Source: Burkholderiales bacterium
GTDB lineage: Bacteria; Pseudomonadota; Gammaproteobacteria; Burkholderiales; Burkholderiaceae_D
Assembly: GCA_947475815.1 (NCBI GenBank)
Contig: CANJOT010000001.1
Span: forward strand, 1 to 55,074
Direction: 5' to 3'
DNA: 55,074 nt
How positions within the stretch are numbered: position 1 is the first letter of the stretch; every line of letters starts with the position of its first letter. Below, in pieces: positions 1 through 9,669 of this stretch. A program made the translations under genes and the position numbers. The notes beneath the pieces were generated by a model. The model saw only the letters and a list, made by a program, of their open reading frames with translations. It was not told the origin of the DNA and did not search any database.

Positions 1-42
1 ACGCGGCCAGTTGAGGACCGCATATTGAGCCGGGCTGTTTGA

Positions 43-70
43 GCAGGACATTTTGATCAGGCAGGACATT
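43..70 (+). repeat. 10-bp direct repeat GCAGGACATT x2 (18-bp period) just upstream of the Rieske ferredoxin RBS
   Basis: Copies at 43-52 and 61-70 are identical. The window edge limits the context. Confidence 0.5.
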
Positions 71-81
71 CAGGAGAAGTC

Positions 82-390
82 ATGAAGTTTGTAAAAGTGG
101 CCGCCGATCAGGAGATCGCCGAAGGCGGCATGAAGGGTGTGGAAGTCGAAGGGCAGGAAATCCTGCTCGCGCGGGTCGGTGGCACCATCTATGGTATTGA
201 GGCGATCTGTAATCACGGTTATGCCTACCTTGAAGAAGGGGGCCTGGAAGGGTTCAACGTCGTGTGCCCCTTGCATGACGGTTGTTTCGATATTCGCACC
301 GGCCAGCCGACCGTGCCGCCATGCAGTGAGCCGATCAGGTCGTACCCGATCCGCATTGAAGGCGCTGACGTATTTGTTGGCATTGAGTAA
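82..390 (+). CDS. Rieske [2Fe-2S] ferredoxin component of a multicomponent oxygenase
   Basis: 102-aa ORF with both Rieske ligand boxes (CNHG ... CPLHDG). AGGAGAAG RBS at 72-79. Size typical of BphF/TodB-type ferredoxins. Confidence 0.85.
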   Translation: MKFVKVAADQEIAEGGMKGVEVEGQEILLARVGGTIYGIEAICNHGYAYLEEGGLEGFNVVCPLHDGCFDIRTGQPTVPPCSEPIRSYPIRIEGADVFVGIE

Positions 391-450
391 GCGCTGCAGG
401 CAAAGTGCCACAGCCTGAATTTTCCTGAATCCGAAGCGAAAGCCCGAGAC

Positions 451-1284
451 ATGACCGTTATTTTTGAACCGTCGCGCACCCATCCGACCGGCACGGACCG
501 CCTGCGCGGCAAGATCGCCATCGTCACCGGCGCTGGTCAGGGCATCGGCCGTGCCACGGCGCGTCGCCTCGGCTCGGAAGGCGCGACCGTGATTGCGGCC
601 GACATGAGTGATCTGGCCGCCGATCGCACGCTCAATGAATTGCGCAGCGCCGGCTGGCCTGCCGAGAAATTTGTGGGCGACCTGATGGTGTATGAACAGT
701 GTGCCGCATTGGTGGCGTTCGCCATCGAAAAATTCGGACGCCTCGACATTCTGGTCAACAACGTCGGTGGCGCCACCGATCTCAAGCCCTATGACCAGTG
801 GGATCCGCAGGCCATCCAGGATGAAATGAACCGCAGCATTCTGCCAACCCTGTGGTGTTGCCGTGCCGCATTGCCGCACATGATCGCGCAGCGTTACGGT
901 CGCATCGTCAATGTCGGCGCCGAATCGGCGCGCAATGGCCTGTGGGATCGCGCGCCGTACAACGCCGGCAAGGGTGCCGTGTTTGCGTTGACCACCAGCC
1001 TCGCGCGCGAGAACGCGCCGTTCGGCATTGCCTGCAATTGTGTCTCGCCGGGACCGACTGAAACCGAGCGCGACCGTCTGGTCGAGCGTGGCATTCGCAC
1101 CAAGGATGCGTCGAAATCAGAGTATCGCGTTGAGCTCTCGCGCAAGATGATGAGCATCGTGCCGATGAACCGCAGCGGTCGCTCGGAAGAGCATGCCGCG
1201 GCGATCGCCTTCATGGCGTCGGACGATGTGGGCCACATCACGGGCCAGATTCTCAGTGCCGGTGGCGGCATGAACATGCTCTAA
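451..1284 (+). CDS. Short-chain dehydrogenase/reductase (SDR) family oxidoreductase
   Basis: TGAGQGIGRA dinucleotide motif, NNVG, and YNAGK (YxxxK) catalytic motif. Lies 60 nt downstream of the ferredoxin gene. Confidence 0.85.
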   Translation: MTVIFEPSRTHPTGTDRLRGKIAIVTGAGQGIGRATARRLGSEGATVIAADMSDLAADRTLNELRSAGWPAEKFVGDLMVYEQCAALVAFAIEKFGRLDILVNNVGGATDLKPYDQWDPQAIQDEMNRSILPTLWCCRAALPHMIAQRYGRIVNVGAESARNGLWDRAPYNAGKGAVFALTTSLARENAPFGIACNCVSPGPTETERDRLVERGIRTKDASKSEYRVELSRKMMSIVPMNRSGRSEEHAAAIAFMASDDVGHITGQILSAGGGMNML

Positions 1285-1309
1285 AGCATAACAACAGGGA
1301 GACAGCAAG

Positions 1310-2764
1310 ATGGGTGCGTATTTCCGTTTTTTCGAGCGTGGCATTGAAAAGAAGCTCAAGAACGAAGCCAGCCGCGGCGTGGCGCCGGAGCCGGTTGTAC
1401 CGTTTGGTATTTCCCGTGGTGCGGATGGCACGGTCACCGACCGCCGTCAGCTGGTTCCGCCGCTCGGTCTGCGTGAATACTGGTATCCGGCCATGTCGGC
1501 GCGGCGCGTGCCGAAAAAGCGCCCGCTGTTCTGGCGCATGCTGGGTGATGAAATTGCATTCTTTCGCGGCTTGAATGGCGAGATCTCGGCGGTCAGCGAT
1601 GTTTGTCCGCACCGTGGCGCGAGCATGTCCGACGGTTTCTGTTTTTACAAGGGCACGATCTCCTGCCCGTATCACGGGGCCACCTTTGACGGTGACGGTG
1701 ATTGCAAGGCCTTCATTCCCGAAGGTCCGGATTCGAAGATGGTCGGTAATCTGCCGATCAAGTCTTACCCGACCCGCGTGCTGCGCGGGTATGTGTTTAT
1801 CTGGATGGGCGAGGGTGAGGCTGCACCCATCGAGGAAGATGTACCGCCTGAATTCTTCGGTGAGAAGGCCGAAGAAACCCATCTGTTCCATACCTATACC
1901 TACTGGAATTGCACCTGGCTGGTGGCCATCGAAAACCAGAACGACTCGCACAACGGCTTTTATGCGCACCGCAATTCGCTCATGCAGCTTGCCGCCAAAC
2001 GCGGCCGTGCACGCACGCCGCTCGGACCCCGCTCGCGTCTGTACAAGGACTGCGCGCTGATTCCGATGATGAAAAACCAGAACTATTACGTTGCTCCGGA
2101 GACCGGCAAGGAACCGTACCAGCTGTATTACCCGGGGGTAGACGGCCATTGGCCGATCGGCCAGTGGCGCCGCTGGTTGTGGAAGCTGTGTGAGCCAGTC
2201 AGCAAGTACCTGGTGATGAACCGCTGGCGCAAGCCATACCGCTCGGGTGCGGAAGAGTGGGCCGATGTCACCAGTTCGCTGTGGCACCTGCCGAGCATGG
2301 TGCGTGTCAATTTCGGCTTTTTCGCCTTCACGCGCGTTGCCGTGCCGGTGACCGAGAACCTGTGCCGGGTGATTTATTTCCATCACCGTCCGAAAATGAA
2401 ACTGGCCATCGGCCGTCTCATCCAGCGCCTGTGGTTTTATGGTTATTTTAACTACTGGCTGCATTACAACTTCTCGGGCCAGGATGGCACGGTAGCTGCG
2501 CCGTGCCGGTATTGGACGTCGGAAATTCTGTCGTCGACGGACTCGCACCTGGTCATGTTGCGCAAGCTGGTGACCGAACGTTCACGCGATGCCAAGCGTT
2601 TCCAGGCGCAGAACGCTGACCTGGCCAAGGCCAACGCGATCGTGGGGGAATCGGAAATCCGTTTCTTCAAGCATCAGGAGACGCATAACGTCGCCACCGA
2701 AGTGACGCTGGAGGATTCCGAAGCGATCAAGGAGAGCGTCGTCTCGCGTGGTATTCTGGGCTGA
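1310..2764 (+). CDS. Rieske-domain non-heme iron oxygenase, alpha-only type (substrate unknown)
   Basis: CPHRG ... CPYHG Rieske box. ENQNDSHNGFYAH acid/His cluster is consistent with a mononuclear Fe site. GGGAGA RBS. No beta-subunit gene follows. Confidence 0.8.
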   Translation: MGAYFRFFERGIEKKLKNEASRGVAPEPVVPFGISRGADGTVTDRRQLVPPLGLREYWYPAMSARRVPKKRPLFWRMLGDEIAFFRGLNGEISAVSDVCPHRGASMSDGFCFYKGTISCPYHGATFDGDGDCKAFIPEGPDSKMVGNLPIKSYPTRVLRGYVFIWMGEGEAAPIEEDVPPEFFGEKAEETHLFHTYTYWNCTWLVAIENQNDSHNGFYAHRNSLMQLAAKRGRARTPLGPRSRLYKDCALIPMMKNQNYYVAPETGKEPYQLYYPGVDGHWPIGQWRRWLWKLCEPVSKYLVMNRWRKPYRSGAEEWADVTSSLWHLPSMVRVNFGFFAFTRVAVPVTENLCRVIYFHHRPKMKLAIGRLIQRLWFYGYFNYWLHYNFSGQDGTVAAPCRYWTSEILSSTDSHLVMLRKLVTERSRDAKRFQAQNADLAKANAIVGESEIRFFKHQETHNVATEVTLEDSEAIKESVVSRGILG

Positions 2765-2832
2765 GCTTTGCTGGTTTGATTGATGGACAGCCGGCCCGCG
2801 TGGCCGGCTTGTTTTTGCAGGAAAGACAAACG

Positions 2833-3573
2833 ATGTCCGAGGTTTCAGAGAGCGACGGATTCGCCCCCGCGCTGGCGATCCATGAGGGTGTGGCAAGAGT
2901 CACCCTGCGCCGTCCACAGCAGCACAACCGCCTTGCGCCGAGCGATATTCCGGTACTTGCGGCGCACATCGAAACCATCCGCCACAACACCGGCGTGCGT
3001 GTTGTGGTGTTCACCGGGGAAGGCACGCGCACCTTCAGTTCGGGCTTTACGGTGGAATCGATCGTGGGTCATCTGGATGCCGCGTTCGAGAACCTGCTCG
3101 ACGCCATCGAGGCTCTGCCGCTGCCGACCATCTGTGCCCTGAATGGCGGCGTGTATGGCGGCGCCACGGATCTGGCCCTGTGCTGTGATTTCCGCATCGG
3201 CGTGACCGGTTCGCGCATGTTCATGCCGGCCCTCAAATTTGGCCTGCATTATTATCCCGGCGGGATACGGCGTTACGTGACGCGACTCGGCCTGACGCAG
3301 GCGAAGAAGCTGTTCCTGACCGCCATGACCATCGATGCGGCGGAAATGTACCGCATCGCTTACCTGACCGAACTGGTCGAACCGGCTGAACTGACCGCGA
3401 CCGTCAACCGTTATGTCGACGCCATCCTGCAGACCGAGCCACATGTCGCCGGTCTCATGAAGGGCCATCTCAATGCCGTTGCCGACGGCCGTTTTGATGT
3501 GCAACAGGCGGCCCGTGATTATGCCGAGGCGCTGGCTTCGGACACGCTGCGCGCGCGCCTCGCGGCGCGGTAG
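2833..3573 (+). CDS. Enoyl-CoA hydratase/isomerase (crotonase) family protein
   Basis: Crotonase fold pattern (VVVFTGEG..FSSG, NGGVYGGATDLALCCDFRI). Internal ATG at 2833 has an AGGAAAG RBS. The ORF-track start at 2776 is probably too long. Confidence 0.8.
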   Translation: MSEVSESDGFAPALAIHEGVARVTLRRPQQHNRLAPSDIPVLAAHIETIRHNTGVRVVVFTGEGTRTFSSGFTVESIVGHLDAAFENLLDAIEALPLPTICALNGGVYGGATDLALCCDFRIGVTGSRMFMPALKFGLHYYPGGIRRYVTRLGLTQAKKLFLTAMTIDAAEMYRIAYLTELVEPAELTATVNRYVDAILQTEPHVAGLMKGHLNAVADGRFDVQQAARDYAEALASDTLRARLAAR

Positions 3574-3635
3574 CGCGGCTTTGTGGACCCGGTCAAGGTG
3601 CGCTACACAAACGTCATGAAGTGATCAGACCGGCG

Positions 3636-3989
3636 TTATCGCGCCCGGGCCTGCTCCATGCATTCGCCGAGCTTGTGGAAATACTTTTCTGTCTGGTCGG
3701 TTGGCAGCACATAGCGCACGCGATGGTCGCGCGGGTTTTCGCCAAAACGCACCAGGCCCTTGGACTCCAGCGTTTTCAGGCGCCGGAACACCGTGCGCTC
3801 GGACAGATCGGGCACCATGCGGGTGGCTTCCATGACGGCGACCTGCCGGCCAGCATGCCAGGCGGATGCAAATACATTGAGCAGGTGTTCTTCGACCGTG
3901 TCGAGGACGGGCAGGCTGGGCATTTGCCGCAGGGCGTTGGCCAAGTGCAAGAACTTGACGTAGGTCAGGGAGTGTTTGGTCTTGGGCAT
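3636..3989 (-). CDS. Small MarR-like winged-helix transcriptional regulator
   Basis: 117 aa. wHTH pattern SERTVFRRLKTLESKGLVRFGENPRDHRVRYVLPT resembles the MarR recognition helix plus wing. Confidence 0.6.
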   Translation of the reverse strand: MPKTKHSLTYVKFLHLANALRQMPSLPVLDTVEEHLLNVFASAWHAGRQVAVMEATRMVPDLSERTVFRRLKTLESKGLVRFGENPRDHRVRYVLPTDQTEKYFHKLGECMEQARAR

Positions 3990-4024
3990 GGACTGTTCTC
4001 GAATGCGGCGTCGAATGATTCACG

Positions 4025-4057
4025 ATTATATCTTGATGTGAAACAACTTAGTTTCAC
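4025..4057 (-). promoter_or_regulatory. Candidate promoter/operator of the MarR-like gene: perfect TATAAT (minus strand, 4030-4025) plus palindrome GTGAAAC-N6-GTTTCAC (4038-4057) over the -35 position
   Basis: The hexamer lies 36 nt upstream of the ATG at 3989. The 7-bp arms are exact reverse complements. Confidence 0.35.
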
Positions 4058-5294
4058 GATGTAACCAATCGTACGCGCCCTGACCGGCGGCAAGCCCGGT
4101 CGCCATCGAGGCGGTCAACAAATACCCGCCGGTGGGCGCTTCCCAGTCGAGCATCTCACCAGCACAAAATATGCCCGGCAATGCTTTGAGCATCAGTGCC
4201 GCATCCAGCTCCTCGAAGGGCACGCCACCGGCGCTGCTGATCGCTTCATCCAGCGGTCGGCTGGCCGTGATGCGCAGCGGCAGTGCCTTGATGGCCAGCG
4301 CCAGCCGCACGGGATCGGCCAGATCTGCGCGCGTGGTGTTTTCACGCAACAGTCCGGCCTTGATGCCCTGCAGGCCGAGCCGTCCCTGCAGATGGCTGGC
4401 AAGCGAGCGCGAGCCGCGCGGGCGGCTGGTTTCTGCCAGCACCTGATCGGCACTGCGCTCGGGCAGCAGGTCGACACGCAGGGTGGCCGTGTTGTCGGTG
4501 CCGAGTTCATTGCGCAGGCGTGCCGACAGGGCATACACCAGACTGCCTTCCACACCGTAGTCGGAGACCAGCATCTCGCCGCGCACAAACGGCCCCGCGC
4601 TGCTTGCCATGGCAATGTTCTTGACCGGCTGGCCGGCAAAACGGTCACGGAAAAATGGGCTCCAGTTCACCTCGAAGCCACAATTGGCCGCTTGCAAGGG
4701 GGCAATCCGGATGCCGCGCCGTTGCAGCAAGGGCACCCAGGCGCCAGTCGAACCAAGTCGCGCCCAGCTGCCGCCGCCCAGTGCCAGCAGCAGGGCGGTC
4801 GGTTGGATGGCCAGGGCGCCTGCCGGGGTGTCAAAACAGATCTCGCCGGCCGCGTTCCAGCCGGTCCAGCGATGCCGCATTTCAAAACGTACCCCCATGC
4901 TGCGCAGCCGATGTTGCCAGGCGCGCAGCAGCGGAGCGGCTTTCATGCTGACGGGGAAAATGCGCCCTGAGGAGCCCACGAAGGTCTCGACGCCCAGTTC
5001 GCCAGCCCAGGCGCGCAGCTGGGCGGCGCCAAAGTCTTGCAGCAGGGGCGCGAGCCAGGCCGCGCGTTCGCCATAGCGTGACAGGAACAGTGCCGGGTCT
5101 TCGGCATGACTCAGATTCAGGCCACCCTTACCGGCGAGCAGGAACTTGCGTCCGATCGACGCCATGGCATCGTAGACCGTGACGGCAACGCCATGGCGGG
5201 CAAGGACTTCAGCGGCCATCAGACCGGCCGGGCCGCCACCGATGACGGCGACGCAGGAAGGGGCGGGTGTGCTGACAGGCGGGAGGGAGTCCAT
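4026..5294 (-). CDS. HI0933/BaiN-like NAD(P)/FAD-dependent flavoprotein (TIGR03862-like)
   Basis: VIGGGPAGLMAA FAD motif followed by GRKFLLAGKGGLNLSH, characteristic of this family. The C-terminal tail runs into the promoter region of the MarR-like gene. Confidence 0.8.
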   Translation of the reverse strand: MDSLPPVSTPAPSCVAVIGGGPAGLMAAEVLARHGVAVTVYDAMASIGRKFLLAGKGGLNLSHAEDPALFLSRYGERAAWLAPLLQDFGAAQLRAWAGELGVETFVGSSGRIFPVSMKAAPLLRAWQHRLRSMGVRFEMRHRWTGWNAAGEICFDTPAGALAIQPTALLLALGGGSWARLGSTGAWVPLLQRRGIRIAPLQAANCGFEVNWSPFFRDRFAGQPVKNIAMASSAGPFVRGEMLVSDYGVEGSLVYALSARLRNELGTDNTATLRVDLLPERSADQVLAETSRPRGSRSLASHLQGRLGLQGIKAGLLRENTTRADLADPVRLALAIKALPLRITASRPLDEAISSAGGVPFEELDAALMLKALPGIFCAGEMLDWEAPTGGYLLTASMATGLAAGQGAYDWLHRETKLFHIKI

Positions 5295-5329
5295 CGGCCT
5301 GTTTTAGCACACCCCGCGTACCGCGCCGT

Positions 5330-6223
<894 letters not shown>

Positions 6224-6294
6224 TTACTGCAGCGTTCAAGGCGGGCCCCGCTTGCGGCCCGATTTCAGGATTCAATGCTGGCCCCATCCCGTAT

Positions 6295-7926
6295 TCAGGC
6301 ACCACGCACGCGGTCGATGGCGGCCAATGGATCAGGCATGAGGACATCCCCGCGCCAGGCGACGTGACCATCGGGTCGTACCAGCACCAGATTCTTTTCA
6401 TAGAGCGTGGCAACGTCGGGCTCGTCGATGTCGATGATGGACAGCGGCACTCCGCGCAGGTGCGCGGCATCGGCGAGCGCCGTGGCATCGACCGGCTGAG
6501 CGCCAAAGCGCAGCAGCACGAAGCCCTTGCCAAACAGGTCGATAGTGGTGCGGCCATCACGCAGCCAGGCGTGCGGCGCACGGCCGCCGGGGCGCGACGA
6601 TTGCACATAGTGGCTCAGGCGTTCGCGCGGCAGCGCGGCTGCATTGTCATCCGCCAGGATGATGGGTGAATCGTCGTAACGGTAACCGAGTTGCAGGCCG
6701 AGCGAATCCCAGCCATCGGGCAACACCCGCGCAAGGTATTCACGCACGCGTTCGCGCGCCGCATGGCCGGCGTCTCCTGGCTCAAGCAAGCGGCCATAAT
6801 CTTCGGTCGGCGTCATCCAGCGACGGAATGCATCGGTTGATGCATTGCAGATTTCTTCGGCGACCGGCCGGCGTTCGGCTTCATAACTGTCGAGCAGTGC
6901 GGGACCGCCCCAGCCGCGCAGCATGGCATCAAGCTTCCAGCCCAGGTCGACCGCATCGCCGACCCCGGTATTCATGCCCATGCCCAGATTGGGCGGAATG
7001 GTGTGCGCGGCATCGCCAGCCAGCAATACCCGTCCCGAGCGAAAGCGTTCGGACACCGAATCGCGGCGCCGCCACGGCGTGATGCTGACCACCTTGTAAC
7101 GGACGTGCGGGCCGAGGGCCTTGCGGATCACTTCATCGACCGGAAAATTGCGGTAGTCGAGGTCCTCGACGGACCCGGCAAAACCGAAGCGCCAGCGGCG
7201 CCGGCCATCGACCACGGTCAGGCTCGACCAGACCCCTTTTTCGTTGAGGAACATGTAGCGCTCGGCGATGCCCTTGTCGTGCTGGCTGGCGATGTCGTCG
7301 ATGTCGAGCGTGACGTTGATCGAGTTGCTCAGCACGCCCTTGCCCAGCACGGCGATGCCGAGCGCTTCGCGGATGTTACTGGTCGGCCCATCGCAGGCGA
7401 CCAGATAGTCAGCGTGAATCTCGACGGATGTGCCATCGGTGAGATCCGTGACATGGGCGCTGACACAATCGCCGTTCTCATGGAAGGACTCGAGCTTCCA
7501 GGGGCGGCGCAATTGTGCAGCAGGAAATTGCTTCAGGCCGCGTTCGAGGATCGGGTCAAACCAGATCTGCGGGCAGCGCTGGCGCAACTCGGGGCTTTGC
7601 GGCAGCGGCTTGCGCTGGTTGATCGATTCAAACCGCTGAACGGTGATGGTCGGGCCGTCGAGCGACGTGCAGTAGACGATGTTGGGTGTCAGGTCTTTCG
7701 GAAAGCCCGATTCGTGCACGTCATGGGCGACATTCCAGCGCCGGCAGAATTCCATGGTGCGCGGCGTGACGGCGGCGGCGCGCGGGTGCGCGTTGATGGC
7801 GGCTTCGCGATCGGGCACCTGATCGATGATCAGGCATTCGATGCCGCGCCAGCCCAGATCGAGAGCCGTCGCCAGCCCGACCGGTCCGGCACCAACGATC
7901 AGTACCGGGATGGTGATTGATTCCAA
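6295..7926 (-). CDS. FAD-dependent aromatic monooxygenase (PheA/TfdB/MhpA-type), paralogue 1
   Basis: GAGPVGL, LAGDAAH and GMNTGVGD flavin motifs. C-terminal thioredoxin-like tail (RAPHAWL..DLFGKGFVLL). A TTG start at 7926 with GGAGA 5 nt upstream aligns with the paralogue start. The ORF-track start at 7965 (also TTG) has no RBS. Confidence 0.8.
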   Translation of the reverse strand: MESITIPVLIVGAGPVGLATALDLGWRGIECLIIDQVPDREAAINAHPRAAAVTPRTMEFCRRWNVAHDVHESGFPKDLTPNIVYCTSLDGPTITVQRFESINQRKPLPQSPELRQRCPQIWFDPILERGLKQFPAAQLRRPWKLESFHENGDCVSAHVTDLTDGTSVEIHADYLVACDGPTSNIREALGIAVLGKGVLSNSINVTLDIDDIASQHDKGIAERYMFLNEKGVWSSLTVVDGRRRWRFGFAGSVEDLDYRNFPVDEVIRKALGPHVRYKVVSITPWRRRDSVSERFRSGRVLLAGDAAHTIPPNLGMGMNTGVGDAVDLGWKLDAMLRGWGGPALLDSYEAERRPVAEEICNASTDAFRRWMTPTEDYGRLLEPGDAGHAARERVREYLARVLPDGWDSLGLQLGYRYDDSPIILADDNAAALPRERLSHYVQSSRPGGRAPHAWLRDGRTTIDLFGKGFVLLRFGAQPVDATALADAAHLRGVPLSIIDIDEPDVATLYEKNLVLVRPDGHVAWRGDVLMPDPLAAIDRVRGA

Positions 7927-8042
7927 AGAGTCTCCGTTCTTGCTTCTTTTGACCTTGCCGCGCAACGGGGCAGGAACCGAGATGGTAGGTTGGCTGCGCC
8001 GGCTCCGTCAAGAGCGATTTGCGCGCTTGCGCGCAGCGCTGC

Positions 8043-8064
8043 GGGCAACGACCGGGCAACGACC
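8043..8064. repeat. Perfect tandem duplication of the 11-mer GGGCAACGACC in the monooxygenase/CoA-transferase divergent region
   Basis: Units at 8043-8053 and 8054-8064 are identical. An adjacent palindrome TGCGCGC-TT-GCGCGCA lies at 8020-8035. Confidence 0.6.
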
Positions 8065-8135
8065 GGCTGTCACATCGGGCCGCTTGGGTTACCATGTTGC
8101 CGCAGCCTTCCCGTTCCTTGCCATTGTGCCCCGCC

Positions 8136-8831
8136 ATGATCAATAAAATTTGCGCCAGCGTCGAACAGGCCGTGGCCGACATCAAGGATGGTTCGACCAT
8201 CCTGATCGGCGGTTTTGGCGGTGTCGGCATCCCCTACAAGCTGCTTGAGGCCCTGATTGACCAGGGCGCGCGCGACCTCACGGTGGTCAATAACAATGCT
8301 GGCAATGGTGATAAGGGTCTGGCCGCCTTGCTCAAGACCGGGCGCGTGCGCAAGATCATCTGTTCGTTTCCGCGCCAGACCGATTCCTGGGTGTTTGACG
8401 AGCTGTACCGCTCCGGCAAACTGGAACTCGAGGTCGTACCGCAGGGTAACTTGGCAGAGCGCATGCGCGCCGCCGGTGCCGGGGTGGGCGCCTTCTTCAC
8501 GCCGACCGGGTACGGCACCGAGCTGGCCGCGGGCAAGGAAACGCGCTTTCTCAATGGCCGCCATCAGGTGCTGGAATACCCGATCTATGGCGATGTCGCC
8601 TTGATCAAGGCGCAGCGCGGCGATCGCTGGGGCAATCTGGTGTATCACCGGTCGGCGCGCAGTTTCGGGCCAGTCATGGCGATGGCGGCGCGCTGCACCA
8701 TTGCCGAGGTGGTCGATGTGGTCGAGCTTGGCGGCATTGACCCCGAAACCGTGATCACCCCAGGCATTTTTGTTACGCGGCTGGTGGCCACGGGAGCATA
8801 TCCTTTCCCGAGCATGGCCCTGCCACAGTGA
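8136..8831 (+). CDS. 3-oxoacid/3-oxoadipate CoA-transferase subunit A
   Basis: N-terminus MINKICASVEQAVADIKDGSTILIGGFGGVGIP is typical of ScoA/PcaI. The ATG at 8136 is inside the longer ORF-track frame. Confidence 0.85.
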   Translation: MINKICASVEQAVADIKDGSTILIGGFGGVGIPYKLLEALIDQGARDLTVVNNNAGNGDKGLAALLKTGRVRKIICSFPRQTDSWVFDELYRSGKLELEVVPQGNLAERMRAAGAGVGAFFTPTGYGTELAAGKETRFLNGRHQVLEYPIYGDVALIKAQRGDRWGNLVYHRSARSFGPVMAMAARCTIAEVVDVVELGGIDPETVITPGIFVTRLVATGAYPFPSMALPQ

Positions 8832-8875
8832 GCTTCTGAGCAGAATTCCGAGTCACGTTTCAAGGCAGATTCGAC

Positions 8876-9523
8876 ATGAAAAAATTCAGCCGCGCCGAAA
8901 TGGCCGCGCGTGTCGCGCGCGACATCCCCGAGGGGGCCTATGTCAACCTTGGCATCGGCTTGCCGACCATGGTGGGCAACCATATTCCGCCCGACCGGGA
9001 AATCATTCTGCAAAGCGAAAACGGCATCCTCGGCATGGGGCCGGCGCCGACACCGGAGCAGCTTGATCCGGAGCTGGTCAATGCCAGCAAACAGCCGGTG
9101 ACACTGCTCGACGGGGGGTCGTTTTTCCACCATGCCGACTCGTTTGCCATGATGCGCGGTGGTCACCTTGACATCGCCGTGCTTGGCGCCTTTCAGGTTT
9201 CGGCCAGCGGCGATCTGGCCAACTGGTCGACCGGCGCGCCCGATGCCATTCCGGCGGTCGGTGGCGCGATGGATCTGGCTACCGGCGCGCGCAGTGTCTA
9301 CATCATGACCGAGCATGTGACCAAGACGGGCGAGCCGAAGATCGTGCAGCAATGCACCTACCCGCTCACCGGCGTCGCCTGTGTGGATCGCATCTATACC
9401 GACCTGGCCGTCATCGACGTGACCGAGCAGGGCCTGCGCGTGGTCGAAATGGTTGAGGGTTTGAGTTTTGAGGGCTTGCAGGCGCTCACCGGCGCGCCGC
9501 TGCTGCCCATGGCTGCTGTCTAG
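8876..9523 (+). CDS. 3-oxoacid/3-oxoadipate CoA-transferase subunit B
   Basis: Conserved catalytic-Glu motif LQSENGILG. 215 aa. Lies 44 nt after subunit A. Confidence 0.85.
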   Translation: MKKFSRAEMAARVARDIPEGAYVNLGIGLPTMVGNHIPPDREIILQSENGILGMGPAPTPEQLDPELVNASKQPVTLLDGGSFFHHADSFAMMRGGHLDIAVLGAFQVSASGDLANWSTGAPDAIPAVGGAMDLATGARSVYIMTEHVTKTGEPKIVQQCTYPLTGVACVDRIYTDLAVIDVTEQGLRVVEMVEGLSFEGLQALTGAPLLPMAAV

Positions 9524-9669
9524 GGGGGGGCGGCCGGGTGCGCGGGTGTGCCGATGCTTGCCAGACGCAGGCAGTGAATCGCGCAACAATTCAATAATTC
9601 CGTGCGCTTCCTGTCCCCAAGGGCATTTTTATGCTCTAATCGGCGGCTTGGTCAAAAACAGTGCTTGCC

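Noticed and set aside
70-879. 269-aa minus-strand ORF overlapping the Rieske ferredoxin and SDR genes.
   Set aside because: It has no recognisable motifs and overlaps two well-supported plus-strand genes and their intergenic spacer.
9523-9530. G8 homopolymer starting in the stop codon of CoA-transferase subunit B, considered as a phase-variation tract.
   Set aside because: It is intergenic, not within a CDS or between -35 and -10 of an obvious promoter. The flanking genes are metabolic or housekeeping rather than surface-associated.
9580-9606. AT-rich element GCGCA-ACAATTCAATAATTCCG-TGCGC upstream of the COG0523 gene, considered as a Zur box.
   Set aside because: The AT-rich core is not palindromic and does not resemble the Zur/Fur-type inverted repeats I remember. 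It needs a weight-matrix scan before any claim.
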